DNA of 63,676 nt, the filler included, from Aduncisulcus paluster (lineage: Eukaryota), in the NCBI GenBank assembly GCA_024181965.1. It is 8 parts of 8 records of this genome, joined end to end, with 100 filler letters (N's around TTAATTAATTAA, not from the genome) between each part and the next. Parts side by side here need not be neighbours in the genome. Positions count along the whole stretch, not along the records: positions 1 to 8,016 come from BQXS01011317.1; positions 8,117 to 12,225 come from BQXS01011318.1; positions 12,326 to 33,365 come from BQXS01011319.1; 5 more parts are not named here. One strand, given 5' to 3'. Position numbers and translations under genes: made by a program. This document shows, piece after piece, positions 1 through 12,617 of the stretch. Each line of letters opens with the position of its first letter. Position 1 is the first letter of the stretch. The notes below the pieces were generated by a model. The model made no database searches, was not told the origin of the DNA, and saw only the letters and a list, made by a program, of their open reading frames with translations.

Positions 1-3000
1 TGCGCTTTGTTAATAACCTGATAACATCCCCCAAGGCGAGAATACCTCTCTGAGAGTGCGAGAAGTAGAAAGCAACATTCATGTTCAGTTTCACAAGAGA
101 TATAAGGAGTTTAAGATACTTGATCAGCAAAGCACAACACTCCTCTTCATTATCTACATCGAACATCAAGGCTTTAGAAGCCATATCAGCTTCACTCGCA
201 TCATTATCTTCACCCGAACACACAGTAATTCCATATGTTTTGAGCCAATCAACACCTGGGAGAGTGGAAAAAAGGAATACACGAAGCGATAACCAATTGA
301 TATGATCCACAATCTTGTTAAAGTTCTCTTCAAACCATTCGATACAGCGATCATCGTCTCCTTCCTCATCCATTGACTGCTCTGTCTTCCTTGACTTCTC
401 CCTCTCGACAACTCCTATCATCGTATAGTAGAAGAAAGACACGTCAAGAGAAGTTATGCTTGAGAAAAGACTTATATCCCTCGTGAGTAACCTAGAACAT
501 TCCTCACACTCAAGCCCAGATAACCATTTGGATGACGGAAGGAATTCAGGACCAGAACGAGTGAATTCAGGAGGTATGATAACATCCAAAGAGTCAAAAC
601 TCTCCTTATTGTTATCTTTAACAGACAAATTATCACTATCTGACGCACATAGTTGCTCTGTCGTGGAGATAGAAGAAGAAGGAGATGAGGAAGAAGAAGA
701 ACTTGAATATTCCTCAGATTCATTGATACCATCCTCATCTCCAACAACAATCGAAGTTGAAGAAGATTCTTTGGTATTGCTTGAGTTTGAGGGTTCATCC
801 TTAACATTCATAGTGGTTTGTGCACTTAATGGTTGACTCGTTACAGAAGACTTGGGCATTTCGTAAGATATATACGAAATATCATACATTTTCTCCAGTA
901 ATTTCTCTCTACGCTCCATTTCTGATGTGTATATCGAAATCCACTTTTCATTTTCCCACGATTTGGAGGAACCTTCAATTCCAAGACCTTCTCTGAGCTT
1001 TTTAAGACTTCCTTTCACTGTTTTGCCACGAACTGTATTGGAAAAAATATGCATTTGAATAGGGGATAAACAAAACACCTTGATGTCACTCGATGCTGGA
1101 GCTCTTGGATAGTCATATTTGAACCATAAATCAAGCTCAGAAAGTATAAAGAAGAGAATCCTTTTGCATTGAGCATGAGTGTCAATCTCTTTCACTTGTT
1201 CAGAATCTGTGTGCTCACCTAACCCAACAGAAGTAGTAGATTCCACAGTCTGTGATTCTATTGGGTCAGGATCTTCATCGGAAATACCACTGTCTGTGGA
1301 TTCAGAGATTGGTCCAGACGCATCGAATACAAACAAGAAGAGCGATGCCAAATGGAGAAATACAGGAAGAATGTAGAATCGAAACATGAAGGAGGATTCA
1401 TCGAGACAACCAAGCTTATTCTTCCGTTTATATTGCTCTCCTTTGTATAGCCAGGCCATAGCAGTATAAATTGAACACCAGAGTTTCTCTTTGGTCACAA
1501 TCCACAGAGGAACACCACCTCGAGAACAAAGGATAGAAACAAGCTCACATAAAGCAAGGATTATATACGTCAGAAGGGGAGAAATGACGGAAGGAGATTT
1601 CTTCATCGAAAAGGCAATGATATTGTGTATCCATGAACAGATATCACCTTCAGAACGCTCAACAAGTTGATAGATCAACTCGGAGGGAGTGTGGGAAGCC
1701 AAATTTAGTATAACAGTTAGACAAGCCTGTACAAATTCACTATTATCTTTGTACTGAGCTTCTTGAGCTTTCTTATCCTTATTGATTGAAAGATCTCCAT
1801 CCTTTTTATCTTGACCGTTATTATCAGCATCAAGCTTTGATGCTTCTTGGGAAAGCTTGGGATGATCAGCTTCACCCTCCTTAATATCTCCTTTCTTTAC
1901 CTTCTCTCCTTCCTCAGACTGTTCTTGTTCTTTGGACTCTCTCTCAGAACTCAACCGAGTCAATTCTATAAATATACCTGAGAAAGTACAATGAGAAAGA
2001 ACATCCCATAGTGTTATTAACATATCTCCACTCCGTTGCTCCTTCAATTCATCAATTGGAACACTATACTGACTTGCAGCACACGATCTTGCTCCTCTTT
2101 CACCCTCATCAGCATCCATCATTCCTCTTGTGTTCTTCTCACCTGGACTACAACTAACGTCCTTACCACACTCCCATTCAGGAATACTAAGCCCGCAAAT
2201 GGTTGTTAAATCACGTAATAAACACATTCCACGGTGGATCTTACGTTGATTGGAAGCAGAACGTGTTTTGAATAACGGATAAAATGTAAATAATGTATCA
2301 GATAAGAACTTTTCACTCATATGGTATGCCCACCAATATTTTTCAGGGTGAATACAAGCAAACATAGGGATGTTACTAATGTTTGGAGACCTAATCTTTC
2401 TCACAAAGGTTCTCTGATAAGGTTTGAGGAAAGATGCTTTATCATCAAGACGAATAATGAATATATTTTCTTCAGGACCACCGAGAACCTCAGAACAACT
2501 GCATAAAAGGTCAAGGAGGAAAGGAATAGACTTAAAAACACCAGGGATTGAACCTTTTCCATTCGATTTCTTGCTTATTTTATCAAACTCAGGTGAACCA
2601 ATAAAGAAACTTCTCAGAGATAAGCGAGCAATAAAAGAACCTGTGAATGAGTTATAAGTAGGAATTGAAAGTATATGTCTATTTTTAGATGTTCTATTTT
2701 TAGATATGGTGGATGATGATGAGTCAGATGCCTCAGAAGAATTTGATTTTTTCCCTTCAGAATCGGAAATGGAAGTACTCTGAGCTCTTTTTGATTTTTC
2801 ACGTAAATCCCATCCAACGAGTCTTTTCGCCAATATATATCTATCCTCATCCATTTCATCTCTTGTTTTCCACACACAGTCTCTCCTTTCCTTCTCCAAT
2901 CTTTTCTTTGTACGGACGATATTCTTGCTCCACTGTTTCAAACGATCCTTTAGCTCTATCTGCTTTGCTTCTGCAGTGAGTTTCTGAAGGGCATCAAACC

Positions 3001-6000
3001 TCAATTTTCTTTGATCTATCATCTTTTGGTGCTGTTTTATCTTCTTGTCGATCTTATTCTGTGAAACTCCGCTTTCAATATCAGATTGAAGCTTTGATCT
3101 CCAGGCATCATCCTCTTCTTCCCTTTTCTTCTCTTCTTCGACTCTTTTCTCCTCTTTATCGACATAATAACTACATTCATACCGCCATTCATGGTCCCTT
3201 TGAGCCACCACATGCATCTCTTTTCGAATATGCTGTATTTCCTTTCCTTCGACAGACTCTTGGTGCCACCCTCTCGGATTGAGGAGAGAGTTTGCGACTT
3301 TGGAAATAGTATCGAATGTGGATGGGTTCGTCATGTATATCCAAAAGGTACTCGTAGGCGTGATCAATTTGTTTGAAGTCGATGAAGAAGAACTCGACGA
3401 ACGTGATTTCACCCGTTTTCTCCACGATCTCACAAAACTGGGGCCCAATAACCTCTCCGCGACTTGTTTTATCCTTGAATTTCTCTCATAGTCCGACCCA
3501 CACTTATCTTCTTCATACTCTTCATCATACTCTTCATCATATTCTTCATCAGCTGGAGAGCTTGAGGAGGAAGAGCTTGAGGAAGAAGATGAACTCGATG
3601 TATGAGCCATTTCCAACTGGTCTCGATGTAACATCCATGCGTCGTACTTGTCAATAGATGCTAAATCGCTGGCATTCGTTCCATGTCTCCCTCGACATAT
3701 ATCAATAAAATTATCTTCCCATTTTATGCTGACTCCCATCCATCTTTCGAGCAATAATGCAACTCGACTGAGAATAAACAAAGAACTCACATCAACGGAG
3801 AGGGGTTCACAAATAACCCGTAAAACATTCCTCACGAGTTTCTCAGTATGGCTCATCGTAGCAAATATCTCGATTCCAATTGGTAGGAATGTCTTCAGAA
3901 GTCCTGAGCATAGGTAAGGAAGAGGAGAAGGCGTGGGAAGAATCTCGACATGTTGTAATGCAGGACTTTCTAATGGAGGGATATTGCCCAATTTAAGTTC
4001 TTTTGGCAGAGATGCATAGTGATCATCGTTCTCAGATAACCAAACAGATCTGGATGTCCACCATTGTTTTCTTTTCGTCGAGGCTTTCTTCCACTCGACA
4101 CGAATATTATTTTCCTTCTCAAGCCTTTCATTTCGTTTTTGTTTCCAGTTCTCTTCAAGTAGACGAGAAGCCTTTGCCTCACGCTCCGTCGCAGTGACGG
4201 TTGAGTGTAACACAAGCAACCACTGGGTGATTCCATCAGTGGCTCCAAGATGCATGTGCCATGACATCCACTGGGGCATCACTGGGCACAAATTGAGGAA
4301 CGATGAGTATAAGATGAGGTTATTCGTATGATTTTTTGGTTTGAATGAGGATATATGTTTTAGAATTAATTCGAGAGTCGTATAAAACCCTCCAGTATGT
4401 CTTTTGAAGAGATCTTTCTTCCAACGAAGATCTGGAAGAAAAGGAGTCGAGGAGGGAGCAGACAACACACCGTGACCGGCCAATTTCTTTGTATCTGTGA
4501 CCTCAGAATAAACACCGCCTTCACGATCATTAAGATTGACCTTCTTTCCCATCCCTACAAGGTCAGCCCCAAGGCTCACGCTTCTCTCTTTCCAGTTGCT
4601 TGAAAGCTCCTTCCTTCCCTTGATGATAAGAAGAATGGCCGTGTGCACCTGTGCGATAATTGGTTGGAGGAAGTTATGGAATAGGAATGTAATGTGATTC
4701 TTGCTTGCACACAAATGTATGAACATCATCATAAAGTACCTCAGATGCTCGGTGGCACCGTAAAACTTGATCCACGACTTGAATTGACCCTGGATCTTGT
4801 CACAAATCAGTGACAAATGGACGTTATCATCCACATCGACGAGAAATGTCAAGGCTTGGAGAGCAACCTCAGAGGTATCTTGATGATCAGTATAGTGATT
4901 TATAATAAATATCAAAGGGTCGCTGTATAAATTGAATAATTCACGTCTAATCTTACATATAGTCTTTCGGCTCACCTCATTTCCATCAGAATCTTGTTGA
5001 CAATCGGCAACGTTCCTCACCAACTCACACCACTTCTTGCAGAGAAGGTGAGTATTCAAGGACATCAAATCTGTTCCCCACACTTTCCAAAGATCTTTAA
5101 TTGAATGAAACACATCAATTCTATTCTTCATCGAGGCACTCATATGAGCTGAATACGCCACAACACACGTAATTTGGTTGTACATTGAACCTTTTTTGAG
5201 ATCAGGATGGTTGGGAATGACAAACGACGACGTTGAAGAAGGACGAAGCAGAGTCCTGACTCTTTCTATGGCTATCTTGAAAACTTTCATGTAAATTGGA
5301 TCAGATTCAAGCATGGATTCTGGTATATTGGACAAAAGAGTAAAGAGAGCATTGAGAGCTGGGGCAGAAGAGTATCTAGACATCCACACAGGGAAATAAG
5401 ATCGCAAACACTCGAATATAAGATGTTGAATTGTAATAGATTGGTCATGTGGATACTCAGGGCCCATTATAACCTAAAATATGAGGATAAATAACGAAAT
5501 TTATGGGAATAAAATGTAAATAAAATGGTAAATGATTTATCAATAAGGAGATTCAAGAAAGAAATTACTAAATTAAAAAATGTATGAAAATCCATCAAAC
5601 ATACTTGTCTAATAAATGATCCAAACACTTGTATACCTATTTTTTCACTTGTTTTGAAAATTTCGATTGCTTTGATCATGGGATCTTTGTATTCTTCAAA
5701 ACAACTCTTAGATTCATAAGGGGATCGAACAGATCCAGCCAATATCATTAATACATTAACAATTTGCTCAACTTCTTTCTCTTTATGAGATAGATTTGCT
5801 TTTGTCACACTATTTAAGACTTTTGACAGATGTTGAACAATTGGAGCTCTATGATCGACAAAAGTCCGGGCTAAAATGGAGGTTTCTTCTGGACTATCTC
5901 GAGAACCACTTAAATTCCTTAGAAGAAGGTTGATATCACGGCCAGTATAGCTTTCTAAAAAAATCATCAAAAACATTTTAATAATCACGATTTAATGCAT

Positions 6001-6057
6001 AAAAATGATTAACAATTAATGTGTCAATAACATACTCTTCACTTTCAACCCTTTCAT
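1..6057 (-). CDS. Large hypothetical protein (>1940 aa, 3' partial), probably helical ARM/HEAT-like with low-complexity inserts; exons 6057-6036, 5954-5605, 5473-<1
   Basis: Manual translation: MKGLKVK-K-SYTGRDINLL...FIRQ|VIMGPEYPHDQ...; the frame was open everywhere I read it between 5473 and the window edge (absent from the ORF track, presumably because no stop falls in the window). Two GTATGT...AG introns join the exons in frame. Confidence 0.8.
5474..5604 (-). other. Spliceosomal intron (131 nt, phase 0)
   Basis: CAA|GTATGTTTG...CATATTTTAG|GTT; AT-rich; joins the 5467..5988 ORF to the long downstream frame. Confidence 0.8.
5955..6035 (-). other. Spliceosomal intron (81 nt, phase 1)
   Basis: AAG A|GTATGTT...TTTTTTTAG|AA AGC; AT-rich; restores an ATG-initiated frame. 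Confidence 0.7.
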
Positions 6058-6439
6058 GTCGGCAAATTATGCAAGAATTGCATTTTGCTTTTTCCAGTTG
6101 TTTTGAAAGGTTTAATCATGAAGTATTGGTTTTAATTCAGAATAACAATGTCCAATAATCGATATTTTCTGTTTTCATTTTTACTATAGATCGAAGATAC
6201 CAAGCCTAGGGAAAACTGTTTCGTGATCCATAAGACGATTCAATTTTGTGAATCTTTCAAACAATATTACAACGAAATTAAAAATAACAGAAGATCAAAG
6301 CGATGGTTTCAATAGGAATAATACACATTCCCACAAAAAGAATTTTTTATAAGATGAATAGATTCTAAGATATACGAGGAAAAAAAACGTGAAGGAAATA
6401 GCAATAAAATTCGAGATTGTTAATTTAAATCGAAGAAGA

Positions 6440-7327
6440 TTACACTCCCCAAACAGTACGTTTACATTTCACACACTTCTGACGATATTCATATTCACAT
6501 TTTGAACATAACTTAGCAGGTTTGAAACGACCAAAGCATGTTTTTCCACACTTAGTACAAGTGTCTTTCTTGGATCCAAAACGACAATCGTCACATCTGT
6601 AGGCTTGAGCTCCTTGTCCTCCAACCCAATTTCCACAGGCAATGCAGTTATCGGCTCTTGATCCGAAAGAACAGTCGTCACAGAGAATGGCATATTTTTC
6701 CATCTTCTCAGCTCTTTTACGCTCCCAAGCAGCACGAGCTTCTTCAATCTTACCGGCAATGCAATCCCAATTACCAACAAGGTACATCACGTGAGGTGGG
6801 ACAGTTCCTTCAGAAACAGAAGGCATTCCATCCTCGAGCTTGAGTCCAAGACCGGGCAAACCATGAGGACTCTTATGTTCAGTCAAGGTTTGATCGTAAC
6901 CAACTTCGATATGAACAGCTTTCTCATCAAAAGTAAGAACGGGATTATTAACAGCAACGGGGAAAAATCCAATCCTAGATCCAGAACGGTTTGGAGCAAA
7001 TTGGAAGTCCGGGATAACGTCTCCAGTTCTCTTGGTAATACAAGAAATTTGACCGACGACGTTATGGGCAGAAACTCCTTGAGTATCAGGTGAAACATGC
7101 CATTCCCAAATACGACCGTTAAGGGTGATTTTGGCTGGGATAGTAAAGGGTTGGATAAAAGTAGCAGCTAATTGGGCCTTAAGAGCTTTAGCTCTAGCTT
7201 CTGCGGCCTTACGCTCCTCTGCATATCTCGCTTCACGAATCTTACTCTCTTCAGCGTCTCTAGCACGTTGTTCTTCCTGCTTCTTCTTCTCGCAAATTCC
7301 AAAAACCAGTCCGATGATGTTTCCCAT
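6440..7327 (-). CDS. 295-aa protein: possible N-myristoylation start (MGNIIG), coiled coil, unknown central domain, C-terminal PHF5/Rds3-like triple zinc repeat
   Basis: Three repeats AxxCxxC-x7/8-CxxC resemble PHF5A 'ICDECNYGSYQGRCVICG'; six CxxC pairs. Confidence 0.75.
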   Translation of the reverse strand: MGNIIGLVFGICEKKKQEEQRARDAEESKIREARYAEERKAAEARAKALKAQLAATFIQPFTIPAKITLNGRIWEWHVSPDTQGVSAHNVVGQISCITKRTGDVIPDFQFAPNRSGSRIGFFPVAVNNPVLTFDEKAVHIEVGYDQTLTEHKSPHGLPGLGLKLEDGMPSVSEGTVPPHVMYLVGNWDCIAGKIEEARAAWERKRAEKMEKYAILCDDCSFGSRADNCIACGNWVGGQGAQAYRCDDCRFGSKKDTCTKCGKTCFGRFKPAKLCSKCEYEYRQKCVKCKRTVWGV

Positions 7328-7402
7328 CTAAATAAAAAATAATATCATTAGTATAAATGAAAAATAATAAGAAGAGGTCATAAAAATAACCATTATACAT
7401 AC
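7328..7402 (-). other. Probable 5'-UTR intron ending directly at the ATG
   Basis: CTAG|GTATGT ... TACTAAT (branch-point-like, 7353-7347) ... TTTAG|ATG. Confidence 0.65.
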
Positions 7403-7582
7403 CTAGTGCCGACAAATTCATGAGAAAATTCAAATTCTTTCTTATTCAACCCCATAAAAATCAAAAAAAAATCAATAAAATATCATTATTGTTGATTTTA
7501 CCTCTTAGTATTCTTATTTTGAATGCATACAATGCGACCATGATAAAAGTGATGGCCATCGATCTCACCGCCGTGATGTCCA

Positions 7583-8016
7583 CAGGGGATAAAACGAAAA
7601 TACCGGGACCGGCAGGTGCCGGTATTTAAAATACCGGCAAAATGTTCCAGCCAGAAATAGTCATTAAATTAAACATTTATGATATTATTTTAAAGAATTT
7701 GTGTGTTTATAACTCGATTTAAGCATTTGAAACATTGTAACTATTTGATATCAGACATTGGAAGTATTTGGGAGTTTTTTGTCACATTTTGAAAGTGATA
7801 GTTCATAATTATAGTGAAAAAATGCTTTTAAGGTTACTTTTATAAATTTAAAGCGACTTTTATGCTCAAATTAAATGAATGAAGATTTTATTTGTCATTT
7901 TTTATTTTTGGGAGCGTTGGGATCTTTGAGAAGTTCTTTTCATAATTTCAGGTTTTTCTATTTTCATAGATTCCAGATATTCAACCCAATTTGGCAAGGG
8001 CAGCGCCTTAGTCTCC
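7583..8016. mobile_element. Possible left end of a hAT-like non-autonomous element (cut by contig end)
   Basis: CAGGGGATAAAACG resembles the Ac/Ds terminus CAGGGATGAAA; clustered ACCGG motifs and an inverted repeat TGCCGGTATTT-A-AAATACCGGCA; no second TIR visible. Confidence 0.3.
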
Positions 8017-8116
8017 NNNNNNNNNNNNNNNNNNNNNNNNNNNNNNNNNNNNNNNNNNNNTTAATTAATTAANNNNNNNNNNNNNNNNNNNNNNNNNNNN
8101 NNNNNNNNNNNNNNNN
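8017..8116. other. Artificial contig-joining spacer (N44-TTAATTAATTAA-N44); also at 12226-12325, 33366-33465, 36481-36580, 53818-53917, 57352-57451, 61077-61176
   Basis: Identical 100-nt pattern seven times; TTAATTAATTAA stops all six frames. Confidence 0.98.
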
Positions 8117-8916
8117 GGTTGGCAAAGATCCAGGATACAATTCGTTCTTCAACAACTTCTGTGAGTTTTGCAATATTAAATTCTGACTCTTCAAAATTTA
8201 AAGATGACTCAGAATCGATGACATCTGGCCCGCTCCCAGCTCCAGTCCAACCCAATATTAAAGAAAACTTTGTGTGTGGTACTCTTGTTTATAACTCTTA
8301 TGAAGCCCTTAAATACAGTGAATATTCTCAAATGAGTGATGCTTACTCTCTTGGATTATCTATCCTTGCTCTTTTCCAAACTCAAAATCCTTTGGCCACT
8401 CACACCCTCTTAAAAGGTCTTTTTAGCTCTCATGACATCATTAAGAAGTTAATTTTTATGATTGAGCATAAGATGGTCCCTCATTTGTCAAGCTCTGACC
8501 TATTCAACTCCCTTCTTGCCATTGAGGATGGTACTTTCATTCCGGTGCACAAATGTCTCAACGAAGTGTATTGTGGCTTGACTGAAATGGACCCTGAAAA
8601 GCGAATGAGTGTTCGTGAAGCACGCAAAAGGATTCAAACTATAAAAGAATTTTTACCACAGATTGGAATTGGTTGGAAATATCCAACAATCGATGAAATT
8701 ATCGGAATTTATCAGGAGAAACAATTCCCTGTCCATAAAGAGCTTCAGTTGCAATCACAATCAACCACTCCTTTGAATTCAGGAACATCTTCCAAAATTT
8801 CCCATTTTGTTTCTCAAGAAACTACTCCTCATCCTCATTGTTCTGAAGGGTGGCAAGACTTTCCCTCTGCATCAATCTCTAAATCTATTGGATGTTCGTT
8901 TGACCTCAAATTTTGA
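8117..8916 (+). CDS. Protein kinase C-lobe (5' partial), lineage-expanded family
   Basis: LAK just after the cut DFG position, CGTLVYNSYEAL (subdomain VIII, APE replaced by SYE), SDAYSLG (IX), DPEKRMS (XI). Confidence 0.8.
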
Positions 8917-9332
8917 GGAATAATTGTTTTGTTAATTTAATAATAAAGGAAAGCCAGAGACCTCCGAAGTCTGATGAAGAATTATTATCAGAATTATTCG
9001 CGAGGCAGCATGGTTATATTGTCAATATTTGATAATAAAATATCCTAAAAATTGATTTTATGCCATTTATATCCATGACCTTTACTGTAATAGAGCAGGA
9101 ATGAATTTTGTTTCAATCTCTTTTTTACTCTTATATTGTGGTGCCTATACTCCTATAATATCTTGATTTATTTGTAAAATTTCACTTTGGAGAGATTTTA
9201 TAGGTAAATATTATGATCATATTTATTTTTGACCGTCTATCGTAACATGAATTGAGAATGCCGGAAACATTGTTATGTGAACGGTGATTGTCTTATTTGC
9301 TTTAACAACCATCATTTCGGTAGCATAATATT

Positions 9333-11064
9333 ATGCTATCATTCTTTGGGAAGCAAACTCTCTATGATTATCATAAAGAATATGTTCGAGTGAAGGGTGG
9401 TAAGCGTGCAGAACTTGAATATCTTGATCAAAAAACTGATATAGAAGATATATTATTCCATATTAACCTTGTAAAACTTATTGATAAGGTTAATCTCGTT
9501 CATCTTCCCAGTATTAAATCCCTCGAAAATCCTTTCCTATATTCTCCTTCTAAAGCTGATGATTCTAACAAAAAGCTTCATTCCATTTTATCAATTTCTA
9601 AAGATCAACCGAATTATAATTTAATTGATCGAATTGGCCTTCGTTCTTCCAAACTTTGTGAAGTTGAGCCCTATTCACTCTCTAAGCTTCCTATTCCCGT
9701 TCCTTTTAATGCATTATTTTCATCCACAGATTCATCTGCTCATTTATTAATGGCATTACACCATTCATTTGGTGAAATATTTACTTCAATCGAGTTGAGT
9801 TCTCATAAGGGGTTTCAGGAAGCAATGGATCTTAAAAAGTCCCTAATGAATTGTTTTATTGAATCTTCAATACCAATTAAGTCGAATTGTTCAATCATTC
9901 GACCACAATCCCCCTTATTTCTCCCGCCAATTATTGAGTCACCTTCGGATGTTGTATCCACCATTTCTGAGTATTTTATTGCTGATTCCGGTGAATCTCT
10001 TAAATTGGTATCAATACAACCGGAATCCTCCCCTATTTCGTTCAAAATGCTTCCACTATCCCAGATGATCTCCAATCTTTGGAACAACCTCCCTTGTGAT
10101 GAAATGATTCGTGTGAGGGCATCTGTTGAGCTCTTTAGACTCAAAGAAATGCTCCCACTGACGTCTAATACTGACTCTGAGGCTGACGATGACCATATTA
10201 ATCCCTCTCTTGGGTTGTTATCTTCAAAGGTTGCTCAATTGTCTCCTCAAAGACATCTACAGATTCATTCGGCTCCAAACCCACGTGTTATGATGTTATT
10301 TCAAATGTTCAAGGATAATATGACTGCAAAACAACGAGATAAGCAATCAGAAATAGTTTCTCAGTCATCTATTTATATCACACCCTTTGACAATGCTATT
10401 CTTTCTCCTCTACCCATATTTTTCCTTCATACGCCCTCTTCTCTCACTCCTTCTCGAGCTATCAAGATATCTCTCAAGGAATACAAGGAAAGTGGACTAG
10501 ATATTGTTAAATTGGATATTACTCAGGGTATCCAGTCTTTCATGTCTTCCTCTTCTTCCTCTTCTTCATCTTCTTCATCTTCTTCATCTTCTCTTGCTTC
10601 TCTCAACTATAAACTTCTTAACCATTCGTATTTGTCTCCTAAACTTCTCATATCTTCTCTTTCTTCTTCTATTTCCAACAATAACGATACCTCTCCGTCC
10701 TTTTCCCCTCGTTCTCTTCCAGTTGTTACATTGCCTATTGAACACGCCAATGGTTATATTTCTTGCCATTCTATTATTCTATATTTGTTATCTGAGTTAC
10801 CAAAGCAAGAAGAGAGAGGAGAGAGAGGAGAGAGAGGAGAGAAAGGAGAGAAAGGAAATACGATTGATAGACGACCATTCTCTCTCTTCTCTTCTTTTTC
10901 GAGTCTTATCTCATCAGGTGGAGAGTTTATAGGCATGGATATTGCCGGGAATGCTGATCCTTCAATATTATCGGGGATATCTGATCACACAAAGGAGATA
11001 GCGCTCCAATTGTTTGCTGAAGAAAGTCGTGTTATTAACGTTAACGATATCAATGATATGAATG

Positions 11065-11097
<33 letters not shown>

Positions 11098-12225
11098 GTT
11101 CTAAAAATAGATCAATTGAGAAAGAAGGTGTTTCAATCGCCTGTGGTGATGATGATTCCATTCGTGTTGCAACGTCATTGTCCACTGAGGATATAACAAA
11201 AATATGCTATATTTTGAAACATTCACATGAGTTTTCAACTTGGAAAAGGTGTTCTTCAATAATTGATTCTTCCCTTGAAACGTTAGGTATGGATATTTTG
11301 AGGAAAGAAGAGAGGAAGAAGCAAGAAGAGAAGAAGAGGCAAGTCAAAATATGGTCTTGGAGTGGTCTTATCGATGACGAGAAGGAAGCAGAGGTAGAGA
11401 AGGAAACAGAGGAAGAGAGAGAAGAGAGAGAAGTGGAAATGGATAATAATAGTCTTGCTGTTGATAAATCTCCATTTCCAGCAATATCTGTATTCAAATC
11501 TATTCGAGACCAGCTTTGGATAGCTCAATCGACAACTCAAACAGATCCTTCAATTGAAGCCCTGCCCAACAAACATGAGGAAGAACTACAACCACTGTCT
11601 TTAATGCAAGGTACAGTCAGGACTAATCCTTTTGAAATTCAGGAGGAATCTAAGGATTTTAAGGATGATTATGGTTGTTTTTCTAGTGGATTTATAGCAA
11701 AGGAATGTGAAGAAGAAGAGCAGGGAAAGGAAGAAGAAGAGGAAGAAGAAGAACAGGCAAAAGGGCTTGGAGATTTAGATAATTCAAAGAATGAACAAGA
11801 TACGGAAGATAAATGTGAAGATAAAAATAGAAATGGTGAGAAAGAAGAAGCAGAAATAGTGAGAAAGAAGAAGCAAGAAATTATAGAAAAACAAGAAAAA
11901 CAGGAACAAATTGATCGAGTGGATGAAGAAACAGCTGTAGAAGATAAAGAAATTGTTATAGTTTTGAAAGATCAGAGTCCAGTACAGTATAGTCCAGAAT
12001 TATGTGAACATATAGTATTTGATCAAATTAATTCTGATTTCTTGTCTGAATTTCTATGTAAAAAGAAGACATTTTGTGCTGAAATCGACAAAACTCTTCG
12101 TATCTTTGCAGATGAATTGTCTGGAAACAATAATAATTCCAAATTTGAAGAAACTTTTATCTGTCAAGATAGTTTAACTAACCCAATGGATCAAAATGCT
12201 GAGCTGTGTCCTCATAATTCTAAAG
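9333..12225 (+). CDS. Hypothetical protein (3' partial), with Ser-, Asn- and Glu-rich tracts
   Basis: ~960-codon ORF running into the spacer; no motif recognised. Confidence 0.75.
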
Positions 12226-12617
12226 NNNNNNNNNNNNNNNNNNNNNNNNNNNNNNNNNNNNNNNNNNNNTTAATTAATTAANNNNNNNNNNNNNNNNNNN
12301 NNNNNNNNNNNNNNNNNNNNNNNNNTCACAACCTTGTGACTCATAAATCTTCAATTGAGGTGTATTCTTCAGAAGTTACTCCAGAGTCATTCCCCTTCAT
12401 CATATCTTAACAGCATAGAATAGTATACAACACCAACATAACGAAGAGAATTTCATTATTGAATAATGATTATTCTTAACCAAAATGATGGTAAATGCAC
12501 TCAGAGCTAAGGAGTTAGAATCCCCATAATGAAGATGCATTTCCAACCAGAAAACTCAATATTTCTCAGATGAAGTCCTCCTTTTACCAGATGATTTATT
12601 CCACAAGATGTCAGATC

